DNA from: an uncultured Nitrososphaerota archaeon
GTDB taxonomy: Archaea > Thermoproteota > Nitrososphaeria > Nitrososphaerales > Nitrosopumilaceae
Direction: 5' to 3'
NCBI GenBank assembly: GCA_963701075.1
Contig: OY969559.1
Span: forward strand, 1,088,001-1,152,000
DNA length: 64,000 nucleotides
The position numbers were made by a program, and so were the translations under genes. A model generated the notes under the pieces. That model had not been told where the DNA came from and ran no database searches. It worked only from the letters and a program-made list of their open reading frames with translations. The stretch's first letter is position 1; each line of letters begins with the position of its first letter. Positions 57,205-64,000 of this stretch are shown here, in pieces.

Positions 57205-57222
57205 ATTCTTAGAACTGATAAT
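57205..57222. promoter_or_regulatory. Box A (ATTCTTA-gaac-TGATAAT)
   Basis: 11 nt before TTTTTAA, 42 nt before ATG 57264. Confidence 0.78.
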
Positions 57223-57263
57223 CTGATCCCATCTTTTTAACTATGAAGTAACATAGATTTGTA

Positions 57264-57693
57264 ATGGAAACCCTAGTGAGTGATATTATGAAGAACCAAG
57301 TAATTTCGATTGATTCTTCAATGTCAGTCAAGGATGCAGCTGAAAATGATGTCCGATTCTGGAGTTGGCTGCTTGGTTGTTATCCGGGAAAATATTCCAG
57401 TAGGCATATTAACTGAAAGAGATTTTGTAACAAGAATTGTTTTTCTTGCAGAACCATCATCCATGCCAGTACGAGATGTAATGTCTTCACCTTTGATAGC
57501 AATCCGTCCAAAAGAAACAATTAGGAATTTAGCAGAGTTAATGAAAGAGAAAAAAATTCACAAGGTCCCTGTCGTAGACGGAAACAAGCTTGTAGGAATT
57601 GTGACTGCAACCGACTTGATAAGAAAATGTGTCATTGGATCTGATTTAGATATGAAACAAATTTGCAGCTCTTTTGCTCAGATGGCATTTTGA
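57264..57693 (+). pseudogene. CBS-pair protein, frameshifted at ~57345
   Basis: METLVSDIMKNQVISIDSSMSVKDAA in one frame, MMSDSGVGCLVV... in the next; paralog of 50654. Confidence 0.75.
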
Positions 57694-57730
57694 ATTGGTA
57701 ACTGCCATATCTGTAGAACACCTAATGCAG

Positions 57731-58285
57731 TCATTCTACAATCTTTAGCGTATCAGATGTTGTAATTATTCCAACAATCTTGCTTTGTTTTGAGACAAGG
57801 ACGCATTTTGAATATCGTATAAGTGAGACAAGTGTCTTGACTGGTGTGTCATAATCTACAATGGGTGGACGAGGATCCATTATCTCTGACAGTCTTATCT
57901 TCTTTCTTTGCGTCTCATCGTTGTCGATGAGATGTTTTACTATGCCATCCTCTGTTACTACGCCCACTACCTCATTTCCTTCAAAAACTGGAACCTGACT
58001 AATGGACAGGTCTTGCATTTTTTTTATTGCATCATTTAATGTATCGCCTGTCTTTAGTTTTACAATCTCTTTACTACAAATGTCACCTGCTTTCATTGAT
58101 GACTGGCTATCAAGTGACCATAAGACCTCAAATATTTTTCTTGCAGTGGCATAGCTTGGCTGACATCTTCCTGACTCTATTTGATTTATCATGGAGGTGC
58201 TAACCCCTGTAAGAGAGGCAAGCTTTTGCTGTGTTAATCCAATTTTTAGTCTGGCTTGTTTTATTGAATCAAGTCTAGGTAACAT
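57731..58285 (-). CDS. XRE-HTH + CBS transcription regulator (conserved archaeal family)
   Basis: GLTQQKLASLTGVSTSMINQIESG followed by CBS pair; abuts ppdK. Confidence 0.88.
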   Translation of the reverse strand: MLPRLDSIKQARLKIGLTQQKLASLTGVSTSMINQIESGRCQPSYATARKIFEVLWSLDSQSSMKAGDICSKEIVKLKTGDTLNDAIKKMQDLSISQVPVFEGNEVVGVVTEDGIVKHLIDNDETQRKKIRLSEIMDPRPPIVDYDTPVKTLVSLIRYSKCVLVSKQSKIVGIITTSDTLKIVE

Positions 58286-60964
58286 CTATCTGTCACGTAC
58301 CACTTTTTTTGAAGATTTCTTCGAGTTTTCAAGAGCTGCCTGTGCTGCTGCCAAGATTGCTATTGGAACCCTGTGTGCTGATGCACTCACGTATGTTAAT
58401 CTGGCCGTGTTGCAAAACTTGATTGAGCGAGGATCTCCGCCGTGTTCGCCGCAGACTCCTATCTCAAGATTAGGTTTTACCCCTCTGCCTCGTGATATTG
58501 CAATCTGCATGAGGTTTCCTACGCCATTGATATCTAGTGACTGGAATGGATTTTCTGACATTATGTCTTTCTCGAAATACTCTGGAAGGAATTTTCCCTC
58601 TGCATCTTCTCTACTAAAACTAAATACTGCCTGAGTAAGATCATTTGTTCCAAAACTAAAGAACTCGGCTGTTTGTGCAAGTTCATCTGCTGTAAGACAG
58701 GCCCTGACAACTTCCATCATTGTGCCAAAATTCATTCTTACCTTGACTCCAAACTTTGATTCTACATCTGATTTTATGGAATCGTATATTTTTTTGATAT
58801 ATTTTAATTCGTTTATACTTCCAACTTGAGGGACCATTATTTGTGGATGGACATCTATCTTTTCCATTTGAAGTTCTGCTGCAGCCTCGCAGATGGCTCT
58901 AATTTGCATCTCATAAATTTCAGGATAAGTGATGCCGACTCTGACTCCTCGATGGCCCATCATCGGGTTTACCTCTGCCAACTCCTTTACTCTATCCAAT
59001 ATTTTCTGAGTTGGAATGATCTGCTCTGGCGTACCTTGTCTTTCTAGAGAATGAATTTTGTTTATCAGTTCTTCAGTATTTGGCAGAAACTCGTGCAATG
59101 GTGGGTCTAAGAGCCTGATTGTTACATGGTATCCTTGCATTATTCTGAGAATTTCCTTAAAATCCTGTTTTTGTAATATGTGAAGCTTCTCCAAGACTGC
59201 TTTTCTTTCTTGTATGGTCTTTGTCATGATCATCTCTACAAAGACTCCAAGTCTGTCACGTGCATTGAACATTCTCTCTGTTCTGCACAATCCGATGCCT
59301 TTTGCACCATAAGTGCGGGCAAGTCTTGCAGCGTCAGGGGTATCAGCATTGGCTCGTATGCCAAGCGTTTTGAACTTCTCAGACCATTCTAGTATAGTTC
59401 TAAAATCATCAGTCAGTTTTGGCTCAACTGTAGGTATCTCACCTGTGTACACATTGCCAGTACTTCCGTCTACCGTTATCGTCTCACCCTCGCCAACAAC
59501 CTTGCCGTTAACAAGAAACCGCTTTGCAGAATAATCAATTTTGATATCAGAACATCCCACAATGCACGGTTTTCCCATGCCCCTTGCTACCACAGCTGCA
59601 TGAGACGTCTTCCCTCCTCTACTTGTAAGAATACCCACTGACGAAAAAAATGCTGGCACGTCTTCTGGCTTGGTTTCTTCTCTAACAAGAATAACTTTGG
59701 TTCCGCTTTCACCCACACTTGATGCTCTTTTTACATCAAAGATGACCATGCCAGACGCAGCACCAGGAGATGCCGGCATGCCTTTTGTTATGGGATTGAA
59801 TCTCTTGACTGCTTCTGTATCAATAGTTCTATGTAGAATTTGGTCTAGATCTTCAGGATGCAGACGGAGAATCGCTCTTTCTTTTGATATCATTTTTTCT
59901 TTTACCATTGAAACTGATGTTCTAATCATTCCCGCCGTATTCATTTTGGCAGAACGGGTTTGTAACAGGTAGAACTTTCCTTTCTCTACAGTAAACTCAA
60001 TATCTTGGGGCTCCTTGAAGTGTCTTTCAAGCTTGTTGCACGTGCTGAGCAATCGCTTATACGTTGAAGGCATTTCTTTTGACATGTGGTCTATTGGTTG
60101 TGGCGTCCTGATGCCAGCTACAACATCTTCTCCTTGGGCATTGACAAGATATTCTCCAAAGATCTTTTTTGAACCATCCGAAGGATCACGCGTAAAGACC
60201 ACTCCTGTTGCACTGTCGCTTCCCATATTGCCAAATACCATTGTGACAACGCTTACTGCGGTTCCACTTGCAGCATCTCTTGAAATTTTATATTTTTCTC
60301 TATACACTACTGCTCTTTCACCCATCCAGCTTTTGAAGACCGCCTCTATTGCAGACTCAAGTTGTTTGTATGGGTCATCTGGAAACTGTTTCCCTGTATG
60401 TTCTTGACAAATTGCCTTGTACTGTGACACTATTTTTTTCAATGACTCTTCATTTAACTCGTAATCCTGTTGTACATTTTGTTCCTTTTTTGTGTCATGC
60501 AAGACACTGTCAAATTTCTTGTCATCTACCCCGAAGACTACTTTTCCAAACAATTGAACAAATCTTCTATAGGAATCAAGTGCAAATCTTGGATTCTTAC
60601 TTGAATTGCCAAGTCCTAAAATTGTCTTATCGTTTAATCCTAAATTAAGAATCGTATCCATCATGCCTGGCATTGATACTGAGGCGCCTGACCTGACAGA
60701 TACTAGGAGAGGGTTTCCCTCTGAGCCAAATTTCTTACCTGTTCTTCTCTCAATTTTTTGAATATTTTTTTTTACTTCACGCATGAGATTCTTTGGCAAT
60801 TTCTTGTTGTTATTGTAGTATCTGGTACAAACCTCTGTTGTAATGGTAAACCCTGGAGGCACCACAAGCCCTAGCCTTGTCATCTCCATTAGGCCTGCAC
60901 CCTTGCCGCCAAACAATTTTTTGTTCTTACCGTCGCCTTCGTTAAAAAAATAGATCGACTTCAC
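58286..60964 (-). CDS. ppdK: Pyruvate, phosphate dikinase
   Basis: GGKGAGL, SMPGMMDT, GGKTSHAAVVARG, GLCRTE, SFGTNDLTQ, CGEHGG. Confidence 0.97.
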   Translation of the reverse strand: MKSIYFFNEGDGKNKKLFGGKGAGLMEMTRLGLVVPPGFTITTEVCTRYYNNNKKLPKNLMREVKKNIQKIERRTGKKFGSEGNPLLVSVRSGASVSMPGMMDTILNLGLNDKTILGLGNSSKNPRFALDSYRRFVQLFGKVVFGVDDKKFDSVLHDTKKEQNVQQDYELNEESLKKIVSQYKAICQEHTGKQFPDDPYKQLESAIEAVFKSWMGERAVVYREKYKISRDAASGTAVSVVTMVFGNMGSDSATGVVFTRDPSDGSKKIFGEYLVNAQGEDVVAGIRTPQPIDHMSKEMPSTYKRLLSTCNKLERHFKEPQDIEFTVEKGKFYLLQTRSAKMNTAGMIRTSVSMVKEKMISKERAILRLHPEDLDQILHRTIDTEAVKRFNPITKGMPASPGAASGMVIFDVKRASSVGESGTKVILVREETKPEDVPAFFSSVGILTSRGGKTSHAAVVARGMGKPCIVGCSDIKIDYSAKRFLVNGKVVGEGETITVDGSTGNVYTGEIPTVEPKLTDDFRTILEWSEKFKTLGIRANADTPDAARLARTYGAKGIGLCRTERMFNARDRLGVFVEMIMTKTIQERKAVLEKLHILQKQDFKEILRIMQGYHVTIRLLDPPLHEFLPNTEELINKIHSLERQGTPEQIIPTQKILDRVKELAEVNPMMGHRGVRVGITYPEIYEMQIRAICEAAAELQMEKIDVHPQIMVPQVGSINELKYIKKIYDSIKSDVESKFGVKVRMNFGTMMEVVRACLTADELAQTAEFFSFGTNDLTQAVFSFSREDAEGKFLPEYFEKDIMSENPFQSLDINGVGNLMQIAISRGRGVKPNLEIGVCGEHGGDPRSIKFCNTARLTYVSASAHRVPIAILAAAQAALENSKKSSKKVVRDR

Positions 60965-60990
60965 ATAGGAACTCTATTTATCGTGTAATA

Positions 60991-61662
60991 TCAAATTTTT
61001 CTACTTTTTGTGAAGGCCAGAGCAAATTCCTCTATTGTTTTTTCCCAATTTTTGGCCTTGACTATGCCACTTGCCACCAAGATGCCATCTGCTCCAAGAT
61101 GAAGTGCTTTTGCCACATCATCTCCTGTGACAATACCTGCGCCGCAGAGTAGCCTAGTGGAATTTTTTGCATCTTTGACTGCCTTGACAGAATTTGTTAT
61201 GATCTCAGGTCTCTCCTTTGATACTGCTTTGCCACTTCCTATCAGCTCAGGTGGCTCTATTGCGATATAATCAGGATTTAATTTTGCATATTTTTTTGCT
61301 TCACTCACATTTTTTACACATATCACAGATGTCATCTTCAAACTCTTCAGCCTTGAAACTATCTGCTCAATGTCATTACCTGTAATCCTGTGCTCGCTGT
61401 GATTGATTAGAGAGCCACTGACTCTGGATTTTTTTAAAAGCTCTGGAACAATAAACCCTGTCGTACTACCAGCTTTTGATGTATCGACATGTTGCGAAAA
61501 TACTGTGACTGGAATCTTGGCCACTTCTGAGATTAGGTGCTGTGGAGGGCACACAATGATTTTGATTTTATATTTTTTGGCAATCTTTGACGCTGCCTTT
61601 GCCAATCGTAATGAATTGCCTGCTGCAACCTCTTCATAATTTTTAAAGTTAATTATGAACAA
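60991..61662 (-). CDS. tpiA: Triosephosphate isomerase (archaeal type)
   Basis: INFKNY, NHSEHR, IEPPELIG, LCGAGI. Confidence 0.95.
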   Translation of the reverse strand: MFIINFKNYEEVAAGNSLRLAKAASKIAKKYKIKIIVCPPQHLISEVAKIPVTVFSQHVDTSKAGSTTGFIVPELLKKSRVSGSLINHSEHRITGNDIEQIVSRLKSLKMTSVICVKNVSEAKKYAKLNPDYIAIEPPELIGSGKAVSKERPEIITNSVKAVKDAKNSTRLLCGAGIVTGDDVAKALHLGADGILVASGIVKAKNWEKTIEEFALAFTKSRKI

Positions 61663-61787
61663 TATGCTTTCAGCTAAATTTATTGTTGCCTCTATATCAA
61701 GAGTTCCTTGTATGAATGCTAGGGAACATTAAACATGATTTCATTTTTTGAAAATTCTTATAGGATGGAAGAAAGAAAAGAAACTTC

Positions 61788-62087
61788 ATGAGATCTGAGT
61801 CGTTTTTACTCTTGGAGCAACTTCAAGGTTTGGTGTCAAATGCTAAATCTTTGGGATATCATGATGACGATCTTGTAAAGTTAACTTTCAAAAAAATACT
61901 TGAAAGCGGTGATACTTACAGTATAGCAGAATTAGAAAATTGGTTTGTCAGTAAAGTAAACGGTGTTGACCGATCCGTAATTGACAGAGTACTCAATATA
62001 GCGCATTACCAGAAATCAAAATTTGAGGCAAACAACAAGTTTAGGATAGTATCAGATGACCATGACTGTGGTTGCGGCAGTCATTGA
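61788..62087 (+). CDS. Hypothetical protein
   Basis: 99 aa ORF ending HDCGCGSH. Confidence 0.6.
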   Translation: MRSESFLLLEQLQGLVSNAKSLGYHDDDLVKLTFKKILESGDTYSIAELENWFVSKVNGVDRSVIDRVLNIAHYQKSKFEANNKFRIVSDDHDCGCGSH

Positions 62088-62255
62088 TTACTTCTTTATG
62101 CCAAGTGTTCTGTTCTTTAATCTCAGGTAAGGATTGTGGCACTTGCGACATCTTGTAGCTGACATTGAATTTTTGGCACCACATGAGAAGCAGACCTTAA
62201 AGTAAAGCCTTGCCTTTTGGGCAATCTGTTTTTTTAACGGATCTGTAATTGGCAT
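62088..62255 (-). CDS. rpl40e: 50S ribosomal protein L40e
   Basis: Hand-translated MPITDPLKKQIAQKARLYFKVCFSCGAKNSMSATRCRKCHNPYLRLKNRTLGIKK. Confidence 0.92.
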   Translation of the reverse strand: MPITDPLKKQIAQKARLYFKVCFSCGAKNSMSATRCRKCHNPYLRLKNRTLGIKK

Positions 62256-62280
62256 TTCTCTTTTCTATCCTATTTGTCTG

Positions 62281-63202
62281 CTATTTGTTTCTACCCTTTT
62301 CCAACTTTCCTGCAAGTAACATTGGTACTTCGGCTGGTCTCTTGGCAACAGGTACGTTTGCCTTGGCATACATGGATACTTTAGATTCTGCTGAACCGTA
62401 GGTTCCATAAATTATAGACTCCTGCATGTCCCATCTTCTTCTCTTTTGGAGCTGCACGTCCTGCAATATATGCTACAACAGGCTTGTCAAACTTGGTATC
62501 AATAATGTGCTGAGCTAGCATCTCTTCTGCATCGCCGCCTATCTCTCCTACTACAACTACACCATCTATGTTGGCACCACTTCTAATTGTGTCAAATGCG
62601 TCTATCAGGGGGGATCCATTAATGGGGTCTCCACCTATTCCAAAACAGATGCTTTGACCAAAGTTCGCAAGCGAGAGATTGTTAGATACTTCATACATGA
62701 GAGTGCCACTTCGTGAAAGCACAGCTATTCTTCCAGGCTTGAATGGAGATGCTGGCATGATCCCAATCTTGATAATTCCAGGTATTATCACTCCTGGGGT
62801 ATTTGGTCCCACCACGATCGCATCATTCTTTTTTGATAACTCTACTACTTTCAACGCGTCTTTTATCGGCACATGCTCTGGAATTGCAATTAACAGCTTG
62901 ATTCCAGACTCTAGGGCTTCAACTGCGGCACTAAGGAAAAACTTTGCTGGAACAAAGATTATTGAAATTTTTGCACCGGTTGCACCAACTGCATCTTTCA
63001 TGTTCTCGTAAATTGGAACTCCTTCAAACTTTTGTCCGCCTTTTCCAGGTGTGACTCCTGCAACTATGTTGGTGCCATATGCCAGCATCTGCTGCGTGTG
63101 CAATGATCCGAACTTTCCAGTAATTCCCTGAACAATCACTGGCTTTTTCTTGTAGTCCTTGTCTCCTTCCTTACCAATTAATAAATCAAAAAGATCAGCC
63201 AT
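62281..63202 (-). CDS. sucD: Succinyl-CoA ligase alpha subunit (apparent frameshift at ~62418)
   Basis: VQGITG, GVTPGKGG, GPNTPG, GEIGG, MGHAG; C-terminus continues in another frame. Confidence 0.9.
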
Positions 63203-64000
63203 TTTTACTTACCTCGATTACTGCTGCATTTATTGCTTCTTCAATGGTATCGAACATCTTTGTTCTGGAGCCCTTCAACATCTCTTTTGATTTATCTGCC
63301 TCCGCACCTGACATTCTTGCAAAGACTGGCACATCGACCAGCTTTGTATCATATGCTTTGATAAAGGCAGTAGCAACGATTGTTGTTTTGACAATGCCTC
63401 CGTAAAGATTTACAAGTATGCCTTTGACTTTTTTCATCTTACTAATCAGAGTAAGTGCTTCGTATACTGTATCAGTTGTTGCTCCTCCGCCCACATCCAG
63501 AAAACATGCTGGCTTTCCTCCATTGTCTGATAGCATGTCCAATGTAGACATGACAAGACCTGCTCCATTGCCTACTACGGCAATGTTGCCATCAAGCTCA
63601 ACTAGTGAAAAGCCACTTTTTTCAGCACGCTCCTCAAGTTCTGAGACTTCTTGGAATTTGCGTAACTCATCATGTCTGAACATAGAGTTATCATCAATTA
63701 TCATTTTACCGTCTAGTGCAACAAGCAAATCGTCCTTTAACACTGCAAGAGGGTTGATTTCGGCCAACTCTGCTTCCTTTTCTATTGTAACTTTGGATAA
63801 TTTTTGAAGTATGTCAACAAATTGTGTAAGTGCCTTGTCCTTTAGCCCCATTTCTTTACCGATTTCTTCTGCAACTTTTGCATCAACATTTCCCAATCCT
63901 ACTTCGTGTATTATTTGGTTCTTGACAGACTCTATCTCTACACCGCCTTCTGACGAAGATATGACTGTGTAGCATCTCTTACTTCTATTCAAAAACAATG
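63195..64000 (-). CDS. sucC: Succinyl-CoA ligase beta subunit (truncated by the window edge)
   Basis: EGGVEIE, EINPL, GNGAGLVM, FLDVGGGA. Confidence 0.93.
   Translation of the reverse strand, partial: LFLNRSKRCYTVISSSEGGVEIESVKNQIIHEVGLGNVDAKVAEEIGKEMGLKDKALTQFVDILQKLSKVTIEKEAELAEINPLAVLKDDLLVALDGKMIIDDNSMFRHDELRKFQEVSELEERAEKSGFSLVELDGNIAVVGNGAGLVMSTLDMLSDNGGKPACFLDVGGGATTDTVYEALTLISKMKKVKGILVNLYGGIVKTTIVATAFIKAYDTKLVDVPVFARMSGAEADKSKEMLKGSRTKMFDTIEEAINAAVIEVSKNG

Larger units (their letters stand above)
17876..57708. other. Accessory stress/dormancy gene island with a shared promoter palindrome
   Basis: Switch from core genes to USP/CBS/Hsp20-rich content; box A found only in this interval; no integrase or transposase seen. 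Confidence 0.75.

Noticed and set aside
17926-57222. Box A as a Fur box or FNR box
   Set aside because: It shares the TGATAAT half-site with the Fur 7-1-7 box and TGAT/ATCA with FNR, but half-site order is inverted (and spacing differs from Fur); no Fur or Crp/Fnr gene and no iron-uptake genes are in the window.
17876-57708. Island as a provirus or integrative element
   Set aside because: No integrase, transposase, replication, capsid or conjugation genes and no tRNA anchor seen.
2194-63807. Numerous short antisense or overlapping ORFs in the track
   Set aside because: Shadows of well-supported genes with no motifs of their own.

Overview
Archaeal chromosome segment from an ammonia-oxidising Nitrososphaerota (Thaumarchaeota); the gene content and style suggest a Nitrosotalea-like organism, but that is inference. 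The left flank (1-17.9 kb) holds core genes: ychF, cysS, nadE, ahcY, metG, ilvC and the methylmalonyl-CoA mutase/MeaB/epimerase cluster of the 3HP/4HB cycle. The right flank (57.7-64 kb) holds an HTH-CBS gene, ppdK, tpiA, rpl40e and sucCD. Between them lies a ~40 kb accessory island (~17.9-57.7 kb) with 10 universal stress proteins, 11 CBS-domain proteins (one a CBS-HPF ribosome hibernation factor-like fusion, one an M50 protease-CBS fusion), 2 Hsp20, PPK2, PhaC, a PRTase/hydrolase pair, ADH, 2 cupredoxins and an AMP phosphorylase-R15P isomerase-form III RuBisCO operon. Main discovery: most promoters in the island carry the same 18-bp palindrome (ATTATCA-N4-TGATAAT, about 30 copies), usually 11 nt upstream of a TATA-like box and 39-45 nt upstream of the start codon. 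A second palindrome (TGCAKTG-N5-CAVTGCA, 4 copies) sits exactly 10 nt upstream of the TATA boxes of two paralogous wHTH regulators and two paralogous zinc-ribbon microgenes. I interpret this as a clustered, co-activated archaeal dormancy/energy-stress regulon whose content parallels the mycobacterial DosR regulon. All motif coordinates were read by eye and no database searches were run.
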